A stretch of DNA of 44,206 bases from positions 1 through 44,206 of the IMG/VR virus record IMGVR_UViG_3300017911_001503; one strand, 5' to 3'. How positions within the stretch are numbered: the stretch's first letter is position 1; each line of letters opens with the position of its first letter. This stretch comes from a virus (taxonomy: Duplodnaviria; Caudoviricetes). Position numbers and translations under genes: made by a program. The notes below the pieces were generated by a model. It saw only the letters and a list, made by a program, of their open reading frames with translations. It did no database searches and was not told where the DNA came from. Below, piece after piece: positions 7,368 through 18,181 of the stretch.

Positions 7368-10246
7368 TGACTTTCCGCCAATCCATTCCGGCCTTCTTGG
7401 GCGGCATCAGCCAGCAGTCCAAGGCGATCCGCCCGACGAACCTTGTCGACGATGCGGTGAACATGGAGTTCCTGCCGTCCGAGGGCGCTACCAAGCGTTA
7501 CCCGACTGAGTGGGTGGCGGACCTAGGGATCACGCTAGACGCCAGCAAGGCCCACGCGGTCGCCATGCCGCGCGATGACGAGGACTATGTGGTCGTTGTC
7601 GACGACACCACCGTGCGTGTCTTTGACTCGGCGGGCGTAGCTCAGACGGTCACGGAGGCAGGCAACGCCTTTGACTACCTGACGGGCGCTACGCACAGCG
7701 ACTTCCGATTCCAGCAGATCGCAGACACGCTGTATGTCGGCAACACCAACACGGTGGTTGCGGGTGAGGCCGGTCGAGACTACGCGCCTTGGCGTCAAGC
7801 TGGGGATGCTGGTGTGTTTATTAGGCAGTCCGGGTACGACTACACTTACACGCTGGATGTAGGTCCGACTTCGGTCTCTGTCACCACGCAGACTTCGCCT
7901 ACCTCTTTGGCGTCGCGTGGATACTCCAGCACTTTCACAAACACCGCCGCGCAACCCTACAGGCTGTCCCAAGCGGAGGCCGACGGGACAACGCCCATCG
8001 ATGTATCCGCGCTGTCCTCGCCGGTCAACTCCAACAGCGTAGGCGACTTCAGTTGCAGGCAGTGCCCTACCCAGTACATCAACGTAGGCAGCATTTCAAT
8101 CCTGTCTGGGCAGTGCATGGGCGTAACCAACGTGCCCACAAACGGGCAACCGACCGACTTCAGGACCGACTTCAACAATACAGGATTCCCTGGAGCCGCT
8201 TCGCTGCCAGAGGTCGCGGTAAAGTTCGACCCAGACTTCCAGCAACTCTGGATCGACGAAGACGCGAACGTCGCTGCGGGAGACTGGATCTTTATCGCGC
8301 GTAACGCGATCACCAAGCAGTACGAACTGCGCCCGTCATACGTCGCTCGAAAGTTGGCCGAGGCGCTCCTTGCAGCCGATCCGACGATCCAAATTGAGAG
8401 CGACTACATGTATCAGGCTTCCAAGGAGCCTGAAGCCACAGAGGGACAGTCGTCGTCGTTCTTCCTGACTGTAGGGGCCTTCAAGCCGACGACCCTAGAG
8501 ATTGCCGTAGTCCACCACAGTGCGTCAAGCCCAGTTGCTGACGCTGCCTACGTCTGGTCTGACGAGATCGAAGAGATCACGCATCTGCCTGTCTTCTTCA
8601 AGCAAGGTGCAGTGGTGCGGATCACGGGCGACCCGACTAGCGCACAAGACGACTACTTTGTGCAGTTCGCTACCGAAGAGTGGCGAGAGACCACTGACAA
8701 CGACGAAGACCGCTTCTTCACGTACTCCACCGACCTGTTCGGTCGCGGCGACTGGCGAGAGACTACGGAGCCTGGGTTGAGCACTGGGGGCCTTGATAGC
8801 TCCACGATGCCTCACAGGCTTCAGCGGGACTCTGGGGGCAACTGGACGTTCTCCAGCGTCGGCTGGGGCACGAGGCCCGCAGGTGACAACCTGACGAACC
8901 CTGAGCCCTCCTTCGTCGGCAGCAGGATCTTCGACATCTTCTACCACGAAGACCGCCTAGGCTTCGCAGCGGACGCCAACGTCATCATGTCGGAGTCGGG
9001 CGAAGTCGAGAACTTCTGGCGCACGACGGTGCTGTCCGTGCCGGGCTCTGACCCCATCGACATCACCCTAGCCGCCCTAGGTGGCAACGCGGTGTACCAC
9101 GTCGTGCCCTTTGACCGACGCCTCTTCGCTTTCTCCGAGTCCGCACAAGCGGCGATCTCCGGCGGCGACGGGGCCTTGACCCCGGCCACGGTATCTGCGA
9201 AGCCTGCTGGCAGTTACCGAACGTCCCCCTCGATCTCCCCCGTGCCCCAAGGTGTGTCGCTGTTCTCGGCGTTTACCACAGGCACGAACATGCAAGTTCG
9301 AGAGATGTTCCCTGGACAGTACGAAGGCGATCTACAAGCTTCGGAGATCACGCTGGCTGTGCCGCGGCTGATGCCCAACACGGTCCGCAAGGTCTTTGCG
9401 TCTAGCGGCGGCAGTGACCTGATCTGCCTGACCGAGTCCGGCCAGTTCTTCCTGTACCAGTACCTGCGATCGGGCCAGCAGAACCTCATGTCCGCATGGG
9501 GCCGCTGGACGTTCGACGGGGGCTCTCTGGTGGACGCAGTGACGATCCGCGACCTCGTGTACGTCCTCGTCAACCGAGACGGTACGACCCGCCTAGAGAA
9601 GATCTTTGTCGGATCTGGTCGGGGCGACGTAGACACGTCCTTCAAGCCGAGGGTCGACCGTCTTGCCAGCATCAGCGGCGGTACGTTCGACTTCGCTACG
9701 AACTCGACGACCTTCCAAGTGCCTTATGACTTCGCTGCGACCGACACGGTGCTGCTGGTATCCAAGGGTACGACCCTCGAGTACGGGGCACCGATCCCCG
9801 TCACCTCGCAGGACGCAGCGACCAACACCGTGACCGTGTCGATGGATCTGTCCACGGAGGAAGTCTGGGTCGGCACGAAGTACGACAGCCAGCTTGTCAT
9901 GACGCACCCGGTGGTGCAGACCCCTGCCCAACAAGGCGGGCGCACCTCGGTCGTCGGCGGCAACACGCTGGTGCGGGACATCGCCATGTCTCTGTCCGAT
10001 ACTGGCTACCTGAAGGCGACTGTGGAGGCCGTTGGGCAGTCCACGTCGACTGAAGAGTTCTTGGCAGACCGCATGGACGTGGGAGAGATCTCGCCGTCCG
10101 TCCTGTCCAGCCGAGAGTTCCTAGTGCCCATCCACGCCAGCGCAGACGAGTTCCGCCTGACGCTGTCCAACGACACTGCTATGCCGTCCACGCTCGTCAA
10201 CGGCGCGTGGGCTGTTCGATTCAACGCCCGATATCGGCAACTATGA
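7367..10246 (+). CDS. Tail tubular protein B (gp12-like)
   Basis: QSIPAFLGGISQQ, GDNLTNPEPSFVG, FYHEDRLGF, DPIDI, SAWGRW motifs. Confidence 0.95.
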   Translation: MTFRQSIPAFLGGISQQSKAIRPTNLVDDAVNMEFLPSEGATKRYPTEWVADLGITLDASKAHAVAMPRDDEDYVVVVDDTTVRVFDSAGVAQTVTEAGNAFDYLTGATHSDFRFQQIADTLYVGNTNTVVAGEAGRDYAPWRQAGDAGVFIRQSGYDYTYTLDVGPTSVSVTTQTSPTSLASRGYSSTFTNTAAQPYRLSQAEADGTTPIDVSALSSPVNSNSVGDFSCRQCPTQYINVGSISILSGQCMGVTNVPTNGQPTDFRTDFNNTGFPGAASLPEVAVKFDPDFQQLWIDEDANVAAGDWIFIARNAITKQYELRPSYVARKLAEALLAADPTIQIESDYMYQASKEPEATEGQSSSFFLTVGAFKPTTLEIAVVHHSASSPVADAAYVWSDEIEEITHLPVFFKQGAVVRITGDPTSAQDDYFVQFATEEWRETTDNDEDRFFTYSTDLFGRGDWRETTEPGLSTGGLDSSTMPHRLQRDSGGNWTFSSVGWGTRPAGDNLTNPEPSFVGSRIFDIFYHEDRLGFAADANVIMSESGEVENFWRTTVLSVPGSDPIDITLAALGGNAVYHVVPFDRRLFAFSESAQAAISGGDGALTPATVSAKPAGSYRTSPSISPVPQGVSLFSAFTTGTNMQVREMFPGQYEGDLQASEITLAVPRLMPNTVRKVFASSGGSDLICLTESGQFFLYQYLRSGQQNLMSAWGRWTFDGGSLVDAVTIRDLVYVLVNRDGTTRLEKIFVGSGRGDVDTSFKPRVDRLASISGGTFDFATNSTTFQVPYDFAATDTVLLVSKGTTLEYGAPIPVTSQDAATNTVTVSMDLSTEEVWVGTKYDSQLVMTHPVVQTPAQQGGRTSVVGGNTLVRDIAMSLSDTGYLKATVEAVGQSTSTEEFLADRMDVGEISPSVLSSREFLVPIHASADEFRLTLSNDTAMPSTLVNGAWAVRFNARYRQL

Positions 10247-10713
10247 CGACTCTGTACCTCGAAGAAGCTCACTCTGACCACGCCTATGTGCTGGCACCCA
10301 ACCTCTGCGAGAACGACCTGCGATGGATTGAGAACGCCTACAGTGACGGCGAACTCTACCCGCAGGAAGCTGTGCGCGCTTCGATTGAAGAGTCGGAGCA
10401 GGCCTTCACGATCTGTAACGAGGATGGGGAGCTTCTTGGGGTATGGGGTCACGGAGCCTGGGACCGACCCACTGGAGTCGGGTACATCTGGCTGCTGTCG
10501 TCTGAAAGGCTGTGGAACGAGTATTACCCGTCCCTCAACCGCGCTTGGCGTCGACACATCATTCCCAAGCTCGACGACATCTACACGCAGTACGGAGCGA
10601 CTGTCCTCAGCGACAACGCAAAGCTCGTCTCGTGGCTACGCCTCTCCGGTTTCAAACCTAGCGCCCGTTCCGATCGGACTGGCACACTGTTCACACACTA
10701 CACCAGATCATGA
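10243..10713 (+). CDS. Internal virion protein A (gp13-like, GNAT-like)
   Basis: LAPNL..ND..E, GYIWLL, N...WL..SGF pattern; synteny after gp12; ATGA overlap. Confidence 0.8.
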   Translation: MTTLYLEEAHSDHAYVLAPNLCENDLRWIENAYSDGELYPQEAVRASIEESEQAFTICNEDGELLGVWGHGAWDRPTGVGYIWLLSSERLWNEYYPSLNRAWRRHIIPKLDDIYTQYGATVLSDNAKLVSWLRLSGFKPSARSDRTGTLFTHYTRS

Positions 10714-11336
10714 TTCCTGTAGGACTAATCGGCAACGTCGTTGCTGGCGCAGCCACCAAGGGCATGGCAGGGGGCGGTTTTGGTCTCGGCCAAGCCGCTC
10801 TCGGTCTTCAAGGACTTGGCGGGCTGTTCTCGATCGCCACGGGCCTATCCGATCAGCGCAAGCAAGCCAAGTACGCTGAGAGGTACTTCGAGGAAGTCGC
10901 CCAAGCGTCGTTCAAGGACGCCAAGTTCAAGTTCGCCCAACTGGGGCGCCAAGAGCAGCAGCGCGTGCAGCAGGGCGCCCAGATCCTCCAGAACGTGCTT
11001 AGGCAGGCCGCGCAGGCTCGTGGTCAACTGACGGCCTCGGCAGCTGCTGGTGGCGTTGCAGGCGCCTCTGTGCAAGCCCTAGAGGCGGACCTCGCCCGCC
11101 AAAAGCTGTCCCAAGTTATCGCGCAGACCCAGGATATCCGCGGTGCGCGTGAGCAGTTGTCCGCCGAGAGGCAGCAGGTCGCCGCTCAGGCCACCAGCCG
11201 CATCCGGTCTGCGATGGCGCAGTACCAGCCCCAGCAGCCTGATGTCTTCGGCCAACTGTTCCAGCTTGGTACGTCGATGCTCGGCACCTACGCACAAGTC
11301 ACCACGCCCGGCCCGTTTGGCCGAGAGTTCATCTGA
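10710..11336 (+). CDS. Internal virion protein B (gp14-like)
   Basis: Gly/Ala/Gln-rich, A..GGVAGASV motif; synteny. Confidence 0.8.
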   Translation: MIPVGLIGNVVAGAATKGMAGGGFGLGQAALGLQGLGGLFSIATGLSDQRKQAKYAERYFEEVAQASFKDAKFKFAQLGRQEQQRVQQGAQILQNVLRQAAQARGQLTASAAAGGVAGASVQALEADLARQKLSQVIAQTQDIRGAREQLSAERQQVAAQATSRIRSAMAQYQPQQPDVFGQLFQLGTSMLGTYAQVTTPGPFGREFI

Positions 11337-14002
11337 TGAGAAAGCAGCCCCAGGAATTTGGCTTCGGCGTCCGAGGCGTACAAGCCTCTCCGGTGGACAC
11401 GTTCTCGCCTGAAGTCGTGCAGAAGCCCCGCGCATCTCGCGGGCAGGCGGTCAGTCAGGGCCTCTCGAACCTGTCGCAGACGCTGGCCGGGATGGCGCAG
11501 CAGAACCGCAAGTACGACGATAGTACGCTACAGCCCCTCGCCAACGCGGTGTACACCATGCGCGAGGAGGGTATGTCCGATGCCCAGATCGAAAAGGCGG
11601 TCTCTGCTCAGGGGCTTACCTCTGCTCGTGTCCTGTCTCGCATCCGTAAGGGCGGGGGCTTTGACGCTTTCACCGACCCTGCCTTCCGAATCACCTACGA
11701 CGAGCTTCAGGGCATCGGCAAGGTCGAGGACGCGGTCATCGCCATGGCAGAGGTCGACCAAGTTGCACGCAACCTCGCAGCGGGCCTCGGCATTGACGAC
11801 GACCCTGAGGAGATGATGGCGCAGGTGGAGGCGCTGTACAACGAGGCGATCTCCGGCGTCAAGAAGGGGCTGTCACCCTTTGCGCTTGCGGCGTTCAACG
11901 GGAAAGTCAACCCGATGCTGACCGACCGCTCGCTCAAAGCCATCCAAGCAGGCCGCAGAGCACAGGAGGTCGACTACGCCAACCTGACGGCCACCGATGT
12001 CCTCAACTCGGTTGACGGGTTCATCGGCGGTCTCACCAACGGGTTCGAGATGAACCGTGAACTGGTGGGCACGTTCAAACAGAAGCTCGGCAACGTGGCA
12101 CCTCAAGACGTTCCTGCCTTCCTCTCCACGGTCATCAGCGGACTTGAGGCCCGCTTGGAAGTCGCTGCGAGCAGCAACATGGTCCCCGAAGAGCACCAAG
12201 ATGACATCGAGGAGCTGTTTGAGGCTTTCGAGGATGCCATCCCGGAGGACGTGCTTGACGCTAACCCCGAGGCACAGACTCAACTGAACGGGGTCAAGGC
12301 GAAGTACTACCGCACTGAGGAGGACCTTGAGAACTACCGTGCGCGTGGTGAGCGGCGCAACAGCCTGTCTTCCGCCGAGATCAACAACATCGCCGTGGCG
12401 CAGCTCTCCGCTGTACACGAGGGCGACTTTGGGGCCTACAACGACCTAAGCAAGGTCGAGGAGGCGCTGAACTACACCCGTGCTCTCCAGTCGCGCCTGC
12501 AAGATATGCCCGCGGAAGACCGCGCGGCCCTTGCGGAGCGTCTTAGGGTGCCTGAAGATCAACTAGACGAGGTCGTGGGGCAACTCTCGAACGACTATGC
12601 TAGGCGTTCAAGCGAGATCCGAGGTGAAGACCGCAGCAGTCTGCTGTTTGACCAGTCTCAACAAGACCGCATCTCTCAGTTGGACGAGCGAGCCCGTAGG
12701 CAGGCGGACAAAGATTCTGCTGAAGCTCGCAGTGTCTACTCTGGACAGATCCGCAGTGCGGGTATTCAGGGCCGTCGCGCCAGTCTTGAGGGCATCGCTC
12801 AAGCAATCCGCGGCGACGGCACGCTCACTGACACCGACCGCGAGCTTCTGCTGCAAGAGTTTGACCTCATCAAGAGCGACCCCGGAGCACTACAGCAGAT
12901 CAAGCAACTGGCCCAGCCCTCTACGCAAGCCGCGGTACAGGCCCTCGTTGGCGCCCAAGAAGAGACGCCGCCCGATTCGGCCATTAGTGACCTACAAATT
13001 GCTCTCGCTGCTGAGGCCGAGGACATTGCTCTGGCGATGCTGACAGAGCCTGGAATGCGCGAGAAGCTTGCCGCAGGCGAGACTGCCGCGATCCAGAAGG
13101 AACTCAACGATCGGGTCAGGGCTCGCGCGGAAGAGTTCGCACTGGACACGTTCATCAAAGACCCCACCAACGATGCGCTTGATGCCATCTCCATCAGGGG
13201 TCTTGTAAGCCAGAGTGCGGCTGGTCTGAACTTTGAGGGCGTGCCGCTGACCAACGAGAATGCCCGGGAGGGCGCTCAGGTGATTCTACAGGACTCCCTG
13301 CTGAACCCCACGACGCAGCCCAAGGAGTACGCACGCCTTGTGAACGAGACGGTTGAAGGGTACAAGGCCGTGAACAATCTAGGCAGCGATTGGCTTATGG
13401 CTGGGCTGACGCGCCATGACGAGTTTAAGGGCCGACTGACCGACGAAGCCGATGACTTCATGCGCGGCCTTGAAGGCTTGGTTGATCAAGCACAGGACCC
13501 CGATCACGCCGTCAGCAGCAGCGCCAAAAAGGCGATCCGCAGCATCATCCTTGACATGGGGATTGTGCCCATGCAGGCCGAAGGCTCGGTGCTTGAGTCT
13601 ATCCGCGCCATCGCAGGTGTTGTACCCGAGGAAGTCATCGAAGAAGGTGACTACTACCAGAAGGAAGCGATCAAGTTCGCGGAGTTCTTCAACAGGCTCC
13701 AAGAGTCCTCTGACTTCACCCTGCGCTTCAACAGTTACGAGGAAGCCCTGCGATACCGAGCTGCGGAGTTCCAAACCAACGGCATATTCCACGGGATGTA
13801 TGACAGCAACACTGGGGACCTTGACACCAGCAAGACGTTCACTTCGGTAGACGCTGAGGGCAACGAGACCACGCTGGACTTCAAGGATGTCGTCAAGATC
13901 ACCCGAGACTTCCTCTCCACGAACATCCGCGGTTTCAACCCCTCGAACCAGCAGGTTCTGGATTTCATTTACCGCCAGTCCGTCATTGAGCAAGAGTTCT
14001 GA
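11336..14002 (+). CDS. Internal virion protein C (gp15-like)
   Basis: 888 aa helical protein; QASPVDTF N-terminal motif; synteny. Confidence 0.75.
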   Translation: MRKQPQEFGFGVRGVQASPVDTFSPEVVQKPRASRGQAVSQGLSNLSQTLAGMAQQNRKYDDSTLQPLANAVYTMREEGMSDAQIEKAVSAQGLTSARVLSRIRKGGGFDAFTDPAFRITYDELQGIGKVEDAVIAMAEVDQVARNLAAGLGIDDDPEEMMAQVEALYNEAISGVKKGLSPFALAAFNGKVNPMLTDRSLKAIQAGRRAQEVDYANLTATDVLNSVDGFIGGLTNGFEMNRELVGTFKQKLGNVAPQDVPAFLSTVISGLEARLEVAASSNMVPEEHQDDIEELFEAFEDAIPEDVLDANPEAQTQLNGVKAKYYRTEEDLENYRARGERRNSLSSAEINNIAVAQLSAVHEGDFGAYNDLSKVEEALNYTRALQSRLQDMPAEDRAALAERLRVPEDQLDEVVGQLSNDYARRSSEIRGEDRSSLLFDQSQQDRISQLDERARRQADKDSAEARSVYSGQIRSAGIQGRRASLEGIAQAIRGDGTLTDTDRELLLQEFDLIKSDPGALQQIKQLAQPSTQAAVQALVGAQEETPPDSAISDLQIALAAEAEDIALAMLTEPGMREKLAAGETAAIQKELNDRVRARAEEFALDTFIKDPTNDALDAISIRGLVSQSAAGLNFEGVPLTNENAREGAQVILQDSLLNPTTQPKEYARLVNETVEGYKAVNNLGSDWLMAGLTRHDEFKGRLTDEADDFMRGLEGLVDQAQDPDHAVSSSAKKAIRSIILDMGIVPMQAEGSVLESIRAIAGVVPEEVIEEGDYYQKEAIKFAEFFNRLQESSDFTLRFNSYEEALRYRAAEFQTNGIFHGMYDSNTGDLDTSKTFTSVDAEGNETTLDFKDVVKITRDFLSTNIRGFNPSNQQVLDFIYRQSVIEQEF

Positions 14003-15861
14003 TGCAAGACTACAACAAGACCAGTAGCTACGACTACTGGAGCACCTACAGGTCGCAGAAGGCCAGCAGGGATATCTCGTCGAACCCGGCGGATACCTTT
14101 GAGATGGGTGTGGGAAGCGTTGTGGGCGACATCACCAAAGGTGTCGTCAAAGGTGCGCTGGACGCTGGGTCTTCGATCACGAACCTCGGTATCTCGCTGA
14201 CCAACCTGATGAGCGGCTACGACTTGGAGCGCGTCAACTTCTCCGAGTCTTACGGCCTTCGCACCAACACCATCGCTGGCAACGTGACCAGCGTCATGAC
14301 CCAGTTCTTTGTGCCGTTTGGGCTGCTGGGCAAGGTGGGCAAAGGTATGCAGGCTTTCGGTGCCGCAAGGACCGGGAAGATCGGCGCGGGCACCGCGAAG
14401 ACCATTGGCAGAATTTTGAGTCCTACCAACGCCAAGGCGGTTGACAAGATCAAGAGCCTCGAGGCTGCGGGGCAAGTGTCCAAAGCGATGCTGCACAAGG
14501 CTCGGTTTGTCAACGCCGCCAAACTCGCGCCCAGGGGTATGGCTGCGGACTTTATCGCATTTGACTCAAACGAGGAGCGGTTCGCGGATCTGGCCCAGCA
14601 CGTCCCCGGTGTCGGCAAGCTCTTTGAGAACCTTGCCTACGACGAAGACGACTCTTGGTTCGAGGCCCGCATGAAGAACGCCATTGACGGCGCCATCCTT
14701 GGCTTCGTCGGTGACTACCTTTTCAGTGTCTTCAGGTCGCGCAAGGCTTACCAAGAGGTCATGGACGCTGGGGGCAAAGAAGAAGACGCCATCGTCGCTG
14801 GCGCAAAAGCCGCCCTAGAGTACGAGGAAGCTGCCAAGATCGCCCAGAAGACCGAGGTCGACGAGAACTTGGCGAAGGCAGACGAGTCCCCGCTCACTGT
14901 CAGTACAGACGCGGGTGACGACACCCTGCGTGCGGAAAGCTCCGCTGCGAAGGACGAGTACGACAAGGCCCGCTCCGACGGCAAGATCGTCGACGAGAAC
15001 GGCGATATCTACGACCGACCCACAGTCGACGAGGACGGCGTGCCCGCTGCCCCTTCCGCGCCCACGCGGCCCGCGTTCGGTGAAGGGGTCTTCCCCAAAG
15101 TGGACCCCGATACTGGTCGACTGTCCGTCGAGCTTTCGGCGCCGGTCAAGAAGCGCGTCATTGACGAAGCAGCTAAAGACATCGCTGGAGATGTGGCGGA
15201 AGCGATTGCGGACTCTGGCCGTCTGTCGGGCCGTGCGATCATGGACGCTGTCAAGAAGACCGCGGCCCGCACCGACCTACCGACCAACCCCCGAGCCCTC
15301 GGACCTGACGGTAAGCCGATTGAACTCCCCGAGGATCTGTCTCGCAAAGCGGCAAACCTCGAGACTCGGCGTGCCGCCTTGGCTGACCCGGACGGAGCCC
15401 TGTCGCTGACTCGTGCCTTGGAGGTTGAGTTCGGCAAGCAGAAGTGGGGCGAGACCATGAACCGAGAGCAACTGGAGATTGACGTGCTTCAAGGCATTGA
15501 AGACTTCGTCGATCTACCGCAATCCGAAGTCTCGCAAATGGCGTACAAGCTCGCCATCGCAAGCGAGGAAGAGCTACAGGGCGCTATCGTGACCATGCAA
15601 GTGCAGGGCGCGATGTCCACTGAGTACATGAACGAGGTCAGCCGCGTTGTCAAGGAGATGCTCCAGCACGAAGACACGCTTGACAACAAGGCCCTCAACC
15701 ATCTAGCAGACCTGTTTGAGGCGTTTGACGCTTTCCAGACGGGCTACACGCGGAAGAAGTCTCTGTTCGGCCTCGGACTGAGCCTGCCCGCGCCCCAGAC
15801 CAAACGACTGTTCCGCAAAGCGGCCAACGAGGCCCGCGATGCCTGCGGCCTGAAGCCCTGA
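14002..15861 (+). CDS. Internal virion protein D, N-terminal part (gp16-like, split)
   Basis: 619 aa; TQFFVPFG, ADFIAFD, EARMKNAIDG motifs seen in N-halves of large gp16-like proteins. Confidence 0.7.
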   Translation: MQDYNKTSSYDYWSTYRSQKASRDISSNPADTFEMGVGSVVGDITKGVVKGALDAGSSITNLGISLTNLMSGYDLERVNFSESYGLRTNTIAGNVTSVMTQFFVPFGLLGKVGKGMQAFGAARTGKIGAGTAKTIGRILSPTNAKAVDKIKSLEAAGQVSKAMLHKARFVNAAKLAPRGMAADFIAFDSNEERFADLAQHVPGVGKLFENLAYDEDDSWFEARMKNAIDGAILGFVGDYLFSVFRSRKAYQEVMDAGGKEEDAIVAGAKAALEYEEAAKIAQKTEVDENLAKADESPLTVSTDAGDDTLRAESSAAKDEYDKARSDGKIVDENGDIYDRPTVDEDGVPAAPSAPTRPAFGEGVFPKVDPDTGRLSVELSAPVKKRVIDEAAKDIAGDVAEAIADSGRLSGRAIMDAVKKTAARTDLPTNPRALGPDGKPIELPEDLSRKAANLETRRAALADPDGALSLTRALEVEFGKQKWGETMNREQLEIDVLQGIEDFVDLPQSEVSQMAYKLAIASEEELQGAIVTMQVQGAMSTEYMNEVSRVVKEMLQHEDTLDNKALNHLADLFEAFDAFQTGYTRKKSLFGLGLSLPAPQTKRLFRKAANEARDACGLKP

Positions 15862-15862
15862 C

Positions 15863-18181
15863 ATGAAAAAGAACCTAACTGGCGAGTGCGGAACTCTGTT
15901 TCAGAACCTCGCCGCGACCCTACGCAAGCACGGCGTGCCTGGGCAGGAGTCGGACAAACTGGTCCGTCGCTTGCTCAAGAGTGTGGATGAAGTCATTGAC
16001 GGCGGTGAGGGCAGCATCAAATCGCTGGAGGTCTTCGCAGAGAAAGACGTGTTTGCCCGCGGATTCGACATTGCTGAAGAGTGGCGTATGTTTGCGATGC
16101 TGTCCGGCATCAAGACGCAGATCATCTCCCCGGTATCTGCTGCGATCATGAGCCAAATGCGGACCGTCGAAGACACCGTGGGCTCAATCTTTGGTCGCCT
16201 GCTGTCGGACATGACGCCGCAAGAGCTTGCCCTTGTGCGCCGCCAAGCCTCCATTGAGCGCGGCGAGATCGCCAAAGGGCAGATCCAGATTGCCGAGAAC
16301 TTCAAGATGTGGTTTGGTCGCAAGGACGGCAGCAGCCCGTGGGATCTTGCGTCCAACAACAAGCTCGAAGAGTCCCAGATGAACTCTGCGGCGGCGATGC
16401 AGGCTCTTATGCGCCTCAACGACGGAAAGGACGGCTTCATCACCAAAGGGCTTCAGTTCTTCGGCAACATCAGCCAACTGTCCGGCAATATGCTACAGCG
16501 GGGCGACCAAGCCTCAAAGCTGATTGCGGGCCGCGCTCGGCACATCTCTTCGGCCTACGGCAAGTTCATCAAACAGGGCTTCAGCGACACCGAGGCTATT
16601 CGGATGGCTCGAGAGCAAGCCGATGTCATGCTGGAGATGCGTGGTAACGCTCGTCAGCAACTCCAGACGGCGCTGGTACACAAACGGGGCGCCACGCCTG
16701 ACCAGATGCCCAAGGATCTTGAGGAGATTTTGGAGCGGGCCAACGTCCGCAGCGAAGAGGACATCACTGACGCGCTTGACTCGATTGTCGACGGCATCAC
16801 TGCTGGCGAGAAGGCGACATTCACGCACAGGATTGAGAAGAAGAACTGGATCGACAAGATCGGTCAACACATCTCAAACTCTCAGCAGGATATCCCCGCG
16901 CTGAAGCTGGTCATGCCGTTCGTCAAGACGCCGACCAACATCGCCTCGGAGACCTGGGAGCGCACGTTTGGTACGGGACTAGGTCTTGCTGAGGCCACGA
17001 TCCGCAAGCTTCGGGCGACCATGGGCGGCGCTGACTCAATTGGCGAGCCCCTGAGCAACCTCGCCAAGCGTCTTGAGAGCCCCGACCCTCGCGTGCGGGC
17101 TAGGGCCATTGGCGAAATGACGGTGGGCGTGACCTCCATGTCCGCTATCGTGCATCTTGCAGGCCAGAACGACCCCGACACCGGGATGCCCAAGATCACG
17201 GGCACGGCTCCCTCTGACGCCCGCCTTGCGGCTGCGTGGAAAGAGGCCGGATGGCAACCGCGGAGCATCATGGTCGGCGGCAACTACATTTCCTACGACC
17301 GACTTGACCCGCTTGCGGGTGCCGTCTTCGGCTTTGCGGCGGACCTTACTGCGTCCATGAATTGGGCCAGCGATGACGGTGCGGCGCACCAAGAAGGCGC
17401 TGGTCTGTTCTTGGGCATCGCAGGTGCACTTGGGTCCAACATTACGTCCAAGACGTGGATGAAGGGCCTTCGTGAGGCTGCGGAGCTGGCTGCGGATCCC
17501 TCGGAGCGCAACGTCTACAGGTTCGTCAAGAACATTGTTGGCAGCGCCGCGCCGGGCGTCCTGCGAGACACCCAGAACCTCTTGTCGGAAGAGCAGCAGA
17601 TCAAAGACATCAGCACTTTGGGCGAAGCCTTCATGGCGAAGATCCCCGGCCTAAGCAGCAAAGTGGACGCTCGTCGCAACTTCATTGGCGAGAAGCTCCA
17701 GTATACGGACGTGCCGGGGCAGCAGAAGTGGAACACGATCATGCCCTTCAACATCACTCGTATCAAAGACGACGTGCTGTCCCGCGAGCTGTCCCGCCTG
17801 CCCCAAGGCTTCTCGATGCCCTCCACCAAGATGTACGGTGCAGACCTGAAGGACGCTGCGTTTGACCGACCGAACGGGCAAAGCGCCTACGACCGAATGC
17901 TCGAGATCTCCTCCAAGGTCAAGATCGGAGGCCGCACGCTTCGTCAGGAGATGCGCCGTATCGTCAAGAGCGCCGAGTACCAGCGTCTGGACATCATGGA
18001 CATCGAAGGTGAGATGAACCCGCGGACGGCTCTGCTGAGTAAGACGATCAACAAGTACAGGAAGAAGGCTCGAACCGAGCTTCTGAAAGAGAACAAGACC
18101 CTGCGTAATGACGTTAGAAACCGTCAGCGTGCCCGCCAAACTCGCCGTGCAGGTCTCGGCTTTGACTTCTACACCCGATGA
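15863..18181 (+). CDS. Internal virion protein D, C-terminal part (gp16-like, split)
   Basis: AMLSGIKTQ, PFVKTPTNI, GWQPRSI..G.NYISYDRLDP, KTWMKGL, RRNFIGE motifs. Confidence 0.8.
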   Translation: MKKNLTGECGTLFQNLAATLRKHGVPGQESDKLVRRLLKSVDEVIDGGEGSIKSLEVFAEKDVFARGFDIAEEWRMFAMLSGIKTQIISPVSAAIMSQMRTVEDTVGSIFGRLLSDMTPQELALVRRQASIERGEIAKGQIQIAENFKMWFGRKDGSSPWDLASNNKLEESQMNSAAAMQALMRLNDGKDGFITKGLQFFGNISQLSGNMLQRGDQASKLIAGRARHISSAYGKFIKQGFSDTEAIRMAREQADVMLEMRGNARQQLQTALVHKRGATPDQMPKDLEEILERANVRSEEDITDALDSIVDGITAGEKATFTHRIEKKNWIDKIGQHISNSQQDIPALKLVMPFVKTPTNIASETWERTFGTGLGLAEATIRKLRATMGGADSIGEPLSNLAKRLESPDPRVRARAIGEMTVGVTSMSAIVHLAGQNDPDTGMPKITGTAPSDARLAAAWKEAGWQPRSIMVGGNYISYDRLDPLAGAVFGFAADLTASMNWASDDGAAHQEGAGLFLGIAGALGSNITSKTWMKGLREAAELAADPSERNVYRFVKNIVGSAAPGVLRDTQNLLSEEQQIKDISTLGEAFMAKIPGLSSKVDARRNFIGEKLQYTDVPGQQKWNTIMPFNITRIKDDVLSRELSRLPQGFSMPSTKMYGADLKDAAFDRPNGQSAYDRMLEISSKVKIGGRTLRQEMRRIVKSAEYQRLDIMDIEGEMNPRTALLSKTINKYRKKARTELLKENKTLRNDVRNRQRARQTRRAGLGFDFYTR

